64,000 nt of DNA from Atractiella rhizophila (Eukaryota), in the NCBI GenBank assembly GCA_021432655.1, contig MU271351.1, forward strand, positions 1 through 64,000, in the 5' to 3' direction. Below are positions 13,538 to 26,455 of this stretch, piece after piece. Made by a program: the position numbers and the translations under genes. The first letter of the stretch is position 1, and the number at the start of each line of letters is the position of its first letter. The notes under the pieces were generated by a model. The model searched no databases. It was not told the DNA's origin and saw nothing but the letters and a program-made list of their open reading frames with translations.

Positions 13538-14231
13538 CTAGTTGCAAGGGCATACCTCTTCATACTCTTCCCTCATGCCGCCTTCATCTCTGTCTTTGCT
13601 AGTCATCTCTACCGCGATGTCCCTCTGTCCTCCCCTTCTCTCCGGGACATATTCATCAAACTTCTCTTCCTCTTGCTCCCCTTCGCTTTCGATATAAAAC
13701 GGCTCAGAAGGCGGCACCACGGCTTGTGGCGCGACAAAGTATTCTGGACGGGAGGGTTGAGCAATCTGAGGAATGTGCTGCACCTCTTCCGGGACCTGAT
13801 GGCTCTGGCGAGGTCTATAAGGACTGACAAATGGCTTTGGAGGAGCTCTGAGGCCACTTAGGACCTCTGAAGCCTCGCGGAAATTCATCGTCGTTTCTGG
13901 CATTTGAGCAGAAAGTGAGTCATGATCACGAAGACACAAAAACTTTTGTTGAGGATAGTAGACGGATAGTAACGAAACCGAGGCGTGCTTGGACAATCAT
14001 GGGAAAGAATAAAAGGCATTTGGAGGAGGAGGGAGATGGCCTGAGGGAAGGAAAGAGAGTTAAAGTCGAGGGAGAGGGCCAGGATGGAGTGGTTATGAAT
14101 AAAGTGTAGGTGTTTCTCTCAAGGAATTGGGTATCTTTTTCAGAAAGCAGCTCCGCCTCTTGTAACTGGCTAGTCAAGAAGGCGAGAAAATACAACTTCT
14201 GTCTCAATCCATTCAAACCTGAGACAGACAT
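13538..14231 (-). CDS. Hypothetical protein; exon structure unresolved
   Basis: Overlapping minus-strand ORFs end in a protein-like P/E-rich C-terminus (..FYIESEGEQEEEKFDEYV..). No family recognised. Confidence 0.3.
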
Positions 14232-14699
14232 TGTCTTTTTGCGTTTCTTTCTATGCAGCTTCGTTCTTTGGACATCAGATATGTTGGGCAGCTCTCCCTA
14301 TCGCAGAAAAAAGTTGGGACAGAGAAATCGTGCTAAAGAGCTTACCTAATGGATTCCCACGCAAAGTCTCATCGATTTTATCACTGCTTACTTTCATGGC
14401 GATATGACATTCTCGTTCAACATGTTCCTGTCTGCTATGCATAAAGTCTTGTTAGGCATGCCAAACAAGCGCTTCTTTGCCTTCCTTCACAGCCTCCACT
14501 AGGATGATTAGAATGTAATGCCAGAATCGGAGTATTTGCTTAAGAGTTCAGTTTTGATCTCAAGAACCAACACTTGCGCTTGACGTGAAGCTAATTTTAT
14601 GTATGTGCTGCCCGTTTATACTGCTGAGGAGGTTTTCACCTTCCCACACATTGCTCCACATTGTCCATTTTCACAAACGGAGTCTGACCCAATATATCT

Positions 14700-17600
14700 G
14701 ATAGAGCTCCCGAGCCGTCTCGTGGTCCAAGTAACACGACTATATACGTTTCATCCATCCCACCCACCCTCACGAGTCCTCAGCTATCGTCTTTATTTTC
14801 ATCCCTTGCTCCGGTTCGCTCAGCATTTGTCGTTTCCAAATCTGTGGGGACAACGGCAACAGAGGACCAGAAACCAGAAAGACAGTCGAGAGGGTTCGGA
14901 TATGTCAAGTTCGTCTTGAAGGAAGACGCCGAACGATGTTTGGAAGACTGGGCGAATGGCCCTCCGGACGACGCCATCTCGCAAATAGACGATTGGTCTG
15001 GTTCAAAGGCGGACTTGAAGAAAATCAAGGTCTCGCTCGCGAAGCAGAAGCCCACCTTGGAGGAGCGACGGAAGAAAACTTCGACGGCTGAACAGTCGCA
15101 AAACGAACAGGTCGGAGGTGATGCAGGGGAATGGAAGGAGAAGAGGGAATGGGGGAAGAGGAAGAGGGAGGAAGGGAAGGGCAAGATTGAACAGCTGCGA
15201 AAGGATCAGGACGCAAGTCGAACAGTTGTTTTATTGGGTTTCGGAATGGGAGTAGCATCTGGTGATGCTCATGAAGAGGAGGAGAGCGACGCACAGAATG
15301 GTCCAGAGAATGGTGCTCCAGCAGGAAAAGGTGAAGAGGGCCACAAGAGGGAGATCAATAACCTTTACAAGAAAACTCGAAAGCTCGGGACCGTCGAAGA
15401 CATTCGATATCCCGTCTATTTTGCGCCAGTACATCGCTTCATTTCCTCAGATGCCACGGCAGAAATTCGATTTGCGACACCACAAGATGCTCAATATGCC
15501 GTATCGAAGATGCACAATCATGTCTTCAAAGGGTATCTGCTCAGTGGTTGCTTGAAAAGCGATTGGGATAAGGTCAGTCGCGAAAGGATTGATGAGAGAC
15601 GGCTGCAATCTCGGAAGGGAGAAGAGAAGCAAGGGGATGCAGGAGGCGCGAGGAGCGGGAGAGTTATCGTTCGAAACCTGCCCTTTGACGTTCGTAAACC
15701 CAAGCACAAGACCTGAGCTGATGAGCATAATTACCTAGATCTCCAAAGCAGATCTTCTCTCCGTGTTTGCGCCGCATGGCGCAATCCATTCCATTACCCT
15801 ACCTACGAAAGCGTCAGATTCGTCCAGTAGTACATCCGGATACGCTTTCGTTCACTTCATCTCACACTCGTCCGCTGAGATAGCTTTGGAGCGCGTGAAT
15901 GGGACGAGAGTTTATGCTGGATGTGCTCAAGAGAGAGCGTTGGAGAGTGAACAAGCTATGGGTAAGAAAGGAAGGGACCGGAAGAAGGAGATCAAAAGTT
16001 CTCGCGAAGGTCGTGGCCGTGAAGTCGCTGTTGATTGGGCAGTCGACAAAGAAAAATGGAAACAACTGCAGAGAGGTCAAGAACAAGATATTGAGGGGAT
16101 GAACGTCGATGAAGACGAGGTGGATGAAGGTGACGAGGTGGAAGATGGGGAGGATGAGGAAGAGGAAGGGGAGGAGAGCGATCTCGACCCGGTTGCTTTA
16201 GAAGATGAAGACGAAGATGAGGGCGAGGAGGTGGAAGAGGAAGTGGAACCCAAGATCCATGAAGAAAAAGGAACAACGCTGTTTGTCCGAAACCTCAGTT
16301 TCGAAAGTAAAGAAGAGGAACTGTATGATCTGTGCGTTCCAGCCGATGTGCATTTGACTTTGACTAACCAACTGATTCAGTTTTAAATCGTTTGGACCCC
16401 TCCGCTACGCACGTATTGCCATGGATCCAACCAAAAATCGTTCTCGTGGCACTGGCTTCGTTTGTTTTTGGAATAAGGATGATGCGGACGAAGTCGTCAA
16501 GCTGTCGGATAAGCTCCAGAATGAGTGGAAGATTGAAGCCGAAGCGTCTACGGTGGGCATTAACTTCCCATGGTTTTAACTCGCTCACAGAGAGTGTAGA
16601 ATGGTAAGAAAATGCAACGATCAATCTTACAGCCGGATGTCACGTCAAATGTTGCATCAAGGCTCAACTTAGGGGGCAGAGTCCTGGCTGTCAGTCTCGC
16701 TGTCAGCAGGGAGAAGGCTGATCACCTTCGAGAGGAGAGGGATAAGAAGGGGAAAAAATCAGACCGACGGAACTTGTACCTCATGAAGGAAGGAGGTATA
16801 CTTCTCTGTTCCTCCATCTCATCCTGTCTCATCGATTCTAGTGATCCACTCTGGACATCCGTTGGTCAAGTCTCTAAGTTCATCAGATATTCAAGCTCGA
16901 CAAACGTCTTTCGATGCTCGCAAGAACCTCCTTCGTTCGAATCCTTCACTGTTCATTTCAAAGACTCGGCTCAGTGTTCGTCAAATTCCTATTTGGGTAA
17001 ACGATTCTCTCTTGAAGCGACTATCTCTTTGGGCATTGAAGGAGTTTGATAAAGAAGTAAAATCTGGGATTCGGGAGCAGGTGCACATGGAAGAGGTTGA
17101 GGACTCAGCGGACGTTAGGACGAACAAGAAAGGTATCCCTCTCTCCAAGGTTGTTCAGAGCAAAATTTGTCGCCAAAGCGACCGAATCGATGCCACAAAT
17201 CCCGTACCGTCAAAGAACCCTATCGGAAAGTCCAAAGGATACGGATTTCTCGAAATGAATAACCATCAAAATTCCTTGAAAGTCCTTAGGTTTCTGAATG
17301 GCAATAAGCAGGCGGAAGTGGCGCTCGCTGAGTGGTGGAAGGAAGATCTTTCAAAAAAAATTGAAGATTTGAAGGTGAAAAAGGCAGATAAAAAGGACAT
17401 CGAAAAGGCAGAAGAGGCCGTTCTGCGTTGGGAGAAGACGAAACTCAAAGGTGGGGGCAAAACCCTCATGATCGAGTGTAGGCTCTCCCCCGGAAATGAG
17501 CTTTATTAATTGTTCTCCTACAGTCTCAATTGAGAACAGCGTTACCAACAAACGCAGGCAGGAGAAGCGCGAAAAAATCTTGCGCAACGTAAACTCAGTC

Positions 17601-17738
17601 AAGCCCCTTCGGAAGGTCAAGGTAGAAGAATCCAGGCCAGATAAGAAAGCATTGCCAATGAAGGCGAAGAAAAAAGGTGAATTAATTGGTGGTTTGATTG
17701 GACGGAAACGAAAGGAGCGCAAGTCGAAGAGGTCCTGA
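14700..17738 (+). CDS. NOP4: Nucleolar multi-RRM protein Nop4/RBM28, multi-exon; start approximate
   Basis: RRM motifs TTIYVSSIP..SRGFGYVKF, GRVIVRNLPFD, TTLFVRNLSFE and SKGYGFLEM, an acidic linker, and RRNLYLMKEG and NPSLFISKTRLSVRQIP. Confidence 0.9.
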
Positions 17739-18214
17739 TGGTATGCGTCTTATGCTTCAAGTATTAAACGCTGAACTTGTTCAAACGCAGCCACTTGTAA
17801 AAATCTGTAGTTTTGTAACGAGTTCTACCTTCCCCTTGATCTTCCCGCTAAATCGAGATAAGCGACGCGAATTCATACTAGTTTGGATGGGAAAATGATG
17901 AGCACTGTTCCCGCTTCAGCCCCTTTACCTGTTCCCATGATCCCTTATGTATCCACCGCCCCCTTTGATTCGTCCACCACCAGGATAATTTTCCACCATC
18001 CTGCTTTTCTTTGTCTGGCTTTCTTTATTTTTCAGGTGCGTTTACTCCAACTTGCTATTTCCGCTCATAGGGTGATATTTAGCAACTCATTCAGTGTTTA
18101 TACCGTTTTTACCGCAATCGCACCCATTCCATATTTTTTTTTAGTCTAGTAGTACCATCGAAGTGAGTTTTCCTTTCTTTCAGGCGTTCCCATTGGTTGA
18201 TCCTGCTATGTAGC

Positions 18215-20092
18215 ATGACTTTGTTGTCACGCCGAAAACGACCAAACAAATCGATTTCATCCCCTGTCCCAGTAGCTCTCACGGCTCAAGGAGTCCCTCA
18301 CACACCATATTCGCCCGAAACGACGACTGATGCGTCGTCAATTTCCAAGATTCTGAACATCAGTGGATGGGCGAAAGGTGCCGGACTGGGAAAGAAGAAA
18401 TCGCTGCGATCTCTGATATCAGAACCACAACCGCAGAGAGGAGAGCGACCTCCTCTGCCTTTTCCCTCGATCCCTACCTCTGCGACCTTGCACATTGTTG
18501 CAAGTTCGGATTCGCAATCAAGTATCTCGTCCACGCCGTCTGCTGTCACAAGTGAAGCCTGCAGCGTTAGATTCAGGTCGAAACTAGACCAAATCTGGGA
18601 CTCCAATTCCTCCATTGCCACAACTGCAACATCTTCCGTCTACGCGGGCCTCGCAAACACAGCTGCTTGCGAGTTGAAGGCGACCTCTCAAAGGTCGATC
18701 TACACCGGAATTGAGAAGTCAAACGATATCTCCACCCCTTCTCCTGCCACCCCTATCATCCGTTCAAATCCCGGTGCAGATTTTAGGTCCAGCCTATGCA
18801 TCTCTCCTACAAGTGCATCCCTCTCTTCCCTTGCCGACGATGGAGCAGATGAACCCAGGTACAGTGAGGATGAAAGTCTTTCATTTGGCTATGAGGACGA
18901 TGTAGAGTTGTCGAAGGCTTCGAAGGCTTTTAGGGTGGCTGTCGGGCTAGTCCAAACTTCAGCGTGTGACGAAGTGGAGGACTGCACCATCGATCCCATG
19001 CATTCACGAACCCTTCACCACGAACTCACGAGGTTTCCGACAGGAGAAGACGAAAACAATCATATCAGTAGTCCTGCGACTCCAGTTATCACTGTCCGTC
19101 CGTCCTTTGGATTGGTGCATGCTGAAAAAGAGGATCCGAATGCCGCCCATCCCACACCTCCGATCAACCTCGTCGTCCACCGTGCGAGCGAGTACCTCGA
19201 TTCAGGACCGAGTCCGCCATTCAAGAAAGAGTGGGAGGAAACAGCACAGATGAAGGTTTCTTGGAGCGATGTTCGGTTACCTAGCATGATATTTGGGGAA
19301 GAAACGGACATGGCTCAAGCAGTTCTGGACCAGCTCAATAGTATGGAGCTTGCCTGCAGCTCTGAAAAGAAAATCTCGCCTTCCCCGAATAGCAGTGCCA
19401 ACACCGCCAACGTTGGCCTTGGACTCATTCACATCGCGGACACTGGAAGGCGATCTTCAGCTTTATCATCTCTAGACTCATTCCCCTCTCCTCCAATCCG
19501 TTCCTCCTCCATCAAAGCCATCGAACGTTTCTCTGAGAAATTCCCACTTGCACCGTCTCCTATCAATGATATTTCAGGCTATAACACCTTCGTTACATCT
19601 ACAACTGGCACTCCGTGCCCCTCCCCTGCCACGCTTGAATTTGGTCTCCAAGCTCAGCACATCTTCTCACCTCGTCTCCCTTCCCCGACTTTGCAATACC
19701 CTTCAACTCCTGCGCGGAAACGAAGGACGCATTATTTGGAAGTCCCCGAAGTCTACGTCGTACCTCCTACTCCTGAAACACAAACGCTTTGCAGTCGATA
19801 TAGCGCCGAATCACCTATTAGATGGGATAAGAGGGGCAGCGTTGATTCCATTTCTTCGTGTGCGGAAGGGAACGTTTGGAGTGGGGTCTTGAGCTTGGAC
19901 GACTGCGAAGGAGATAAAGAGAATGCTATCTGCCAGAGGTGGTCGATGGAGAGTCATAGCTCTTTACCGTACAACACGAAGGGAGATGAGTGTTGGACGC
20001 TTGCAGAAGAATCAGACTTGTCAATGGTCAGGGTTTTGGAGGATGAAGATTGGAGAGGATCTAGTTTTGACGCTATTGGGGTAGCTATGTGA
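18215..20092 (+). CDS. Intronless Ser/Pro-rich, probably disordered hypothetical protein, about 625 aa
   Basis: A 1.9-kb uninterrupted ORF starts at ATG 18215. No catalytic motif recognised. Confidence 0.7.
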   Translation: MTLLSRRKRPNKSISSPVPVALTAQGVPHTPYSPETTTDASSISKILNISGWAKGAGLGKKKSLRSLISEPQPQRGERPPLPFPSIPTSATLHIVASSDSQSSISSTPSAVTSEACSVRFRSKLDQIWDSNSSIATTATSSVYAGLANTAACELKATSQRSIYTGIEKSNDISTPSPATPIIRSNPGADFRSSLCISPTSASLSSLADDGADEPRYSEDESLSFGYEDDVELSKASKAFRVAVGLVQTSACDEVEDCTIDPMHSRTLHHELTRFPTGEDENNHISSPATPVITVRPSFGLVHAEKEDPNAAHPTPPINLVVHRASEYLDSGPSPPFKKEWEETAQMKVSWSDVRLPSMIFGEETDMAQAVLDQLNSMELACSSEKKISPSPNSSANTANVGLGLIHIADTGRRSSALSSLDSFPSPPIRSSSIKAIERFSEKFPLAPSPINDISGYNTFVTSTTGTPCPSPATLEFGLQAQHIFSPRLPSPTLQYPSTPARKRRTHYLEVPEVYVVPPTPETQTLCSRYSAESPIRWDKRGSVDSISSCAEGNVWSGVLSLDDCEGDKENAICQRWSMESHSSLPYNTKGDECWTLAEESDLSMVRVLEDEDWRGSSFDAIGVAM

Positions 20093-20528
20093 AGGCAACC
20101 ACTTGTGTTACTTTTTGATTATCAGGTTCAAAGTATTGCCAAATGTACAGATATGTGAATTTACCGTCCTATCCGATGCTCTTCAAGTTCTCTGTTAACT
20201 GTTGTCCATTCAGCTCATTTGAGTGTCATTTTGAAACATCCCAAAACATCCTTGTAATCCTTTCTTTAATCTCTTTAGCTTACAAACCCAACCCAAACGA
20301 CGAAACGAAGAGAACTCAATCAGCTGTAATTTCTGCTGGTGTATCAACGAAGAAGGAGAAGGTAGTATTTCGGTGATTCAGCAGGTGAGCCTTTCGTCTG
20401 GGAGCGGTGAAAGGGAAGCGGCTGTTGTTTGCGTTTTCAGCCATGTTCGAGCAGAAGGACTGGCAGTCTAGCAATATAGAGACCAAAATGATTCACTGTG
20501 TTTACGTTCTTTTCAGAATTAGGTTGGG

Positions 20529-21228
20529 ATGGCATTTGAGAATACTGTCGATGTATGTCACTTTAGTCTCATATACCTTCGCCTCTCTTCCTGACTGTTT
20601 TCTTCCCTGCACAGGCCAAATTAGACGACGGCGCGACGCCAATCTATAATGAAGTTCTTAATCAGCTTCCTGATGAAGAGGACAAGGAAGTCTTTCGAGT
20701 CAGTACTTCTTTCAGACGATGCCACCGTGCCCTGCCTCATGGAAGAGTTGGGAAATAGAATATTACCTCATCTGGCATGACGATGGTGCAGCAGTCTGTC
20801 TTCTGGTCACCTGTTTTGGGCACTTTGGCATGTGGATCCATTCTTCTACTCCCCCGTATGTTTCCACGAATTCCGATCATGCGCTCCTATTTCTGGCCTA
20901 CAAAGTTCATGGCTCAGCGTTATGGTTGGACGGCTGAGGAGATGTACGCGCGGCGGAGAAGCGCTGTTTGGAAAACTGTTGGCGTCATAGTCGGGACATC
21001 CTTTACTGGTATCTTTGGCGGCCTCCTTGGCGCTCTTGGGTACGCTGGTTGTTCTGAATCTCTTCCGCTTTTGACTTTCTCCGGAAAAGGACGGCTTTCC
21101 TGCAGTTGAAAGACTCTGGCAGAAGCGAAGAGATTATGGCTGCCGTTGAGAGAGCTCAGCAAGTGTTAGTAGAACGTGAGAGGGAGAAGAGGGAGAAGAA
21201 AGATTCGAATGGTACGCCAACTTCGTAG
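20529..21228 (+). CDS. Hypothetical small membrane protein, four exons
   Basis: Exons read MAFENTVD|AKLDDGATPIYNEVLNQLP.., a hydrophobic segment (VGVIVGTSFTGIFGGLLGALG), then LKDSGRSEEIMAAVER..TS*. Splice sites are canonical. Confidence 0.55.
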
Positions 21229-21371
21229 GGCTGACTATTTGATGCGTTTACACCAAAAGTACATTCAACATCGTTTCATAATTTAAATTCTTCTATTCTT
21301 CACCTCTCGGGATTGATTTTGGACCCTCTAACAAGATCGTTCGCTTATTAGTCACGCGAGTTATTGGTAAA

Positions 21372-22164
21372 ATGTCCTCCTCATCGCTGTGGAAGACGGA
21401 ATTTGCGGTCTCGATGACCTGCGAATCTTGTGTGCAAGACTGTCAACGAGCGCTATCGACGTTGGGGGATTCCATCGTCTCAGTCGACATAAACTTAGAG
21501 CAGAAGACGATCCTCGTCATCGGAACTGCACCACCATCCAAAATCTCCAAGGTCCTCAAAGAGACAGGAAGACAAGTCATCGTTCGCGGGACGGGGACTG
21601 CTGACCCTGCTGGGGTGACAACAGCGGCGGTGGCGATCTTGGAGAACTATGACGGCCCGAAGTCTGGTGAATGGGATGGACCAGCCAGTCAGAAAGTGAG
21701 AGGATTAGCTAGACTTCTGCAGGCTGAGACGGAAGGTAATACGATCCTGCTGGACCTCACCATCAAGGCGCCGATAGAATTAAAGAGTGATAGGAAGTAT
21801 AAAGTCTATGTCTCTCAGACTGGCGATTTGCAACATCCCCCCATTTCGACAGGCTCAGAATGGAAAATCTTAGGCACGGTGGAAGCCGATGAGACAGGTT
21901 ATGGTGATTTATTCGTGGAGGTCGAGGGGCTAGCGTTATGGGAAATCTTAGGAAGAGCGATGGTTATTCAGGCTCTTGACGAGGACAAGGAAGAAAGTGT
22001 ATGGGCTGGAGTGATTGCGAGGAGCTCAGGAGTGTGGGGAAACAAGAAGGAAGTTTGCAGCTGCTCTGGTGCGCTTGTCCCCTTCGTGAAAGTGATGAAG
22101 GCTGAATCTTCTCATGACAGGACTCTCCATGTGGGAAGAAGACCGGTTGCAGCCCCATCTGTGA
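21372..22164 (+). CDS. CCS1: Copper chaperone for superoxide dismutase
   Basis: N-terminal HMA motif MTCESC, a SOD-like middle domain, and C-terminal GVIARSSGVWGNKKEVCSCSG|LSMWEE. Confidence 0.92.
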
Positions 22165-22721
22165 TCGATGCGATCTCTCGTCCTTAAATGGAGTGGTTTG
22201 CTTTCGAAGCGAAATTAACAAATGTGATAGATATCCTTGTTGAACCTGTTAGGAAAAGAAACTGTACATCAATATTTCCTCCATCCTCCTGTGAGACCTG
22301 CTGATACCTGAGACGCGAACCTTCCTGAGTAAGCTGGGGATTTTCATTTCCATCAAGCGATGCCCACAATCAATCGATACCGTTTGAGATTTTCTGGCGC
22401 GCGGGGCCCCGGACTTGTTGAGCACTTCGAGACTGCGCGACCAGTCTCGAGTGGAAGTTGCCACGCGTGTTCATAACGAGCATGTGTTTCTGTCTAGATC
22501 TCAGCCAAATTTCGAGTAGCGCCGTGACGGCGAGTACGGGTGAGCAGGAGGGTCACGCGTAAATCTGAAAAAAGCTCCTGATCCCAAGGACAGCGAGCAC
22601 GATGGAGTTCATTGAGTGAGACATCCTCTCTCTTCCCTTCCCACCGGCCTTATTTATTCTCAGAACTCCTTACCCTGGTCCTGAAAGCATCTACTGAATA
22701 GCCCGCGATATCAGTGCTGAG

Positions 22722-25533
22722 ATGTTGCGACTGTTAAATGTCCTATTTTTGCTTTGTACAATTACCAACGCAGGCGAGTCCAAGGCGCCGCAATATGAAT
22801 CACTTCCTGACTTCTTCCTAGCCGTGATTGTACAATACTTCGAAGCTAATTGGGCGTCGATTGCTGCTGAATGCACGGCATTCTTGGGACCAGCTGGTGT
22901 GTTAATTATGGTATATGAAACACTGTTCCATAGCTCATTTCTGTTCTGTGCTGTGACATGCAGGTTACACTTATGTCCAAGGTATCTCTATAGTCTTTAC
23001 ACCACCGAAAGAAAGACAACTCAACATCTGACAGTTTCCCCGCCTGCCGAATCAGTGCCAGGTATGTCCATGTCCTATCTGGCATCGCAGGCTGAGTTGT
23101 CGAATAGGAACGCAATGGTGGACGAGCTATCAGGTCTGTGTTCGGCCTCCTTACTCCGCTGCTCACTGTGATAGTAGCCCGTGTCTTACATCCTGACGTC
23201 TAAACGAGGCAACCGTGCAGCGTTCCAGAGCATGGTCACGACATGCAATAATGCTGGAGTCAAAGTTCTCGTAGATTCCATTTGGAATCACATGAGCAAC
23301 TCGGGTAGTAAGTAGCTTCATACTTGTTGCTCAGTTTACTGAACTTGTTGTCAGCGGGCACTGGAACAGGCGGCAGCTGTATGGTCTCTGTTTGCACCGT
23401 GACCAGAGTTTGACACTCTGGCGGGTTTCAGCGTTTTCCAAATATTCGTATCCTGCTGTTCCCTACACCAACTCCTCTTTCCATCATTGCACACTTACGA
23501 GCAATGGGCAAATCCAAGACCTCACCAGCCGAGCTCAAACGCAAACCTGTGAGCTGGGTGGACTCGCTGAGTATCTTTTCCCCGTGTCAATGCCACACTC
23601 CCCATTAATGTTCATGCCGTTATAGTCTAGCTACTGAGACGGACGACGTAAGAGCCAAGCTCGCTGCATATGCCAACGATTTGCTGTCGTAAGCCTACCT
23701 CTATGTCATAAACAGGGCCCTAATATTCCCACCAGCTTGGGTGTTAGTGGGTTCAGGTGTGCTTCGGTCTATGTTCAAAGTTATACTTTACTGATGATTT
23801 GCCAAGGTTGGATGCTGCGAAACATATCGCCATTGCAGATCTAACCAATATCAAGAGCCGTTTGTCCCGCCAGCCAGACTACATTACCTCAGAGGTTTGT
23901 TCAATTTGAGAGGAATGACGGCGATTGAGAAGACCCCTAGGTTACCTGGCAGAGTACAGATGCTGTCCAGCCATCCGAGTACACAAGTCTCGGAAACGTG
24001 CATGAGTACGCTCACCATTCGTACTTCAACATAGACTTAGATACCCTTAGATTCCGTTATGTCGCGACCGTGCGAGACGCCTTCAAGAACAACAACCTCG
24101 TCAATTTGGCTGGCATCCCCTTTTCTGGTTGGCTCCCTTCAGCAAGCGCCAATGTGTTTATTGCAAACCACGATACCGAAAGGAATAACGGCTCGCTCAC
24201 ATTCAATGATGGTCCACTCTACACCATGGGCTTCGCCTTCTCTCTCGCACATCCGTACGGCACTCCAACCATTCTGTCTTCGTTCAACTTCTCGGCATAT
24301 GATGACGGAGGACCAAACAACTTGGCTGCCACTTGTTCAGGAAATGGGGGATCAAACGGTTGGCGCTGCGAGCATCGTTGGATTCAGGTTGCAAACATGG
24401 TTCGTGGCACGCTCTCCTTTCACTGGTTCTATGTGCCTGATGACTGAAACATAGGTCAAATTTCGAAATACGGTGGGAACGGCTGCCCTTGCAGGATGGA
24501 CGAATGGAACATCCAACCAAATTGCCTTCCAACGCGGAAACGTAGGATTCATCGCGATAAACAATGAGGCTTCCGCAACCTGGTGTCGCAACTTCACAGT
24601 CGGCTTACCTGACGGAAGGTACCGCGATATCTATTATAACTCGGCTGTGATTCAAGTCACTGGTGGTGTCGCCTCCCTGGCTGTTCCTCCCAAAGGTGCT
24701 GTTGCCGTCTACACCGGCTCGAGCACCAGCGACGCTGCTACGCCTGTGTCGTGTGCTGCCACTCCTGTGGTCACATTTTCAGTGTATGCTGAAACGGTAA
24801 AAAAAAAAAAAATCTATGTGCCTGATGACTGAAACATAGGTCAAATTTCGAAATACGGTGGGAACGGCTGCCCTTGCAGGATGGACGAATGGAACATCCA
24901 ACCAAATCGCCTTCCAACGTGGAAGCGTAGGATTCATCGCGATAAACAATGAGGCTTCCGCAACTTGGTGTCGCAACTTCACGGTCGGTTTACCTGACGG
25001 AAGGTACCGCGATATCTATTACAACTCGGCTGTGATTCAGGTCACTGGTGGTGTCGCCTCCCTGGCTGTTCCTCCCAAAGGTGCTGTTGCCATCTACACC
25101 GGCTCGAGCACCAGCGACGCTGCTACTCCCGTATCATGCGCCGCGACTCCTGTGGTCACTTTTTCAGTGTACGCTGAAACGGTGTTTGGACAGGTTCCCT
25201 TTACTTTAGCGCGGCGAAGTTGCGAGCTGACAAGCACATAGAATATCTTCGTCGCCGGAAGCCCGACTGAATTAGGGAGTTGGAACACAGACAACGCGGT
25301 TGCTTGCTCAGCAGCCTCCTATCCCACTTGGACTTGCTCTGTGGCGATTGCTGCAGGAACTACCGTCGAGTATAAGTACATCAAAAAAGAAGGGACGACG
25401 GTGAGCAACACTCATGCTTACATCTTTAAAAGAAATAACAACTGAGGGCATTTAGGTCACTTGGGAAAATCGTGACAATCGCATCTACACGGTTTCGAGC
25501 AGCGTCACACTCAGCGATACCTGGAGTACTTGA
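22722..25533 (+). CDS. Secreted GH13 alpha-amylase with a duplicated domain-C exon and a C-terminal CBM20; many small exons
   Basis: Signal peptide, then [52 protein letters not shown] and WRCEHRW. CBM20 motifs are [24 protein letters not shown] and VTWEN. Confidence 0.92.
24428..25183. repeat. Tandem duplication with a 385-bp period; copies separated by an A14 run
   Basis: Copy 1 is 24428-24798, the A14 run is 24799-24812 and copy 2 is 24813-25183. I counted 18 substitutions by eye. Confidence 0.95.
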
Positions 25534-26455
25534 ACGGGAATTGAAATGGAGGGAACGAAGCTGAATACCAACGGGTCGATCCCAAATCGAACTTTGTGTT
25601 GTAAATTAGATAACCCAAGAAAACCACGGAAGAATTATAAATAAGGGAGGTTTGATACCATTCAATGATGATAGAAGACATCCTGAATGAAAATAAGGCT
25701 GCTGAGTATAGAACATGCTGTAGACGGTTGAGCAGTAACTTGGCATGAGGTGAAGTTGCACCAAAAAGCATATGTGACTCTCAGAAGAGGAATTGAACCT
25801 CTACCACCTGCAAGACAAGTAGGTATCCTACCGTTGGACCATCTGAGATTGTCTTATTCTGAGGCAGTTAGCATAACACATGGCGTAAAGGTCGGTGGCC
25901 ATGGGAGTCGGTGAGGAACCCCACCGATGGCCAGTCCTCCGTTTACATGTCAGGAGTCTCCTGCAGGATCAGGAATTCGAGACACACATACTTCTGTGGT
26001 CGTGAGTGCACCCAATGAGGTCTGCATGCACGGGAGAAGATTCTATCCATCAAGCAGAAACTGGAAGAAAATTGCCACTTTGTTGTTTGGACATCATGAC
26101 ATGACAAATTCAGTCGTAGAGCTCACTTGACTGCCTTATACAGTGACCTCCCAAAGCAAAACGTTGACTTGAAAATTGATTCTTCAAATAATGGCACATA
26201 CGAAGCACTTCTGCGTCTGACAGGGCGAAAGGGAATTGAACCCGTCAGAATCAATTTTGGAGGCATCAGGCACTCATCGCTTTTATAATGCAGAGCGCGC
26301 CTCGAAACATTTACGAGAACATGGCCATCATTCCGTGAAAGAGATGGTCGATCCAGAATGGATGTCTGCGCGTACGCACCGTGCACTTCACATCCGCATT
26401 TCGACGTCATCACGTATCTGTGCGGCACGATATCCAACTTGATGATCCACCCTCG

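Noticed and set aside
24799..24812. A14 run as the tail of a retroposed copy
   Set aside because: The duplicated unit keeps intronic sequence, ends mid-exon and shows no target-site duplication, so it does not look like a processed mRNA insertion.
25892..25932. Intergenic inverted repeat (GGCCAT..TCGGTG / CACCGATGGCC)
   Set aside because: The stems are only 6-7 bp and match no RNA family I recognise, so chance is a sufficient explanation.
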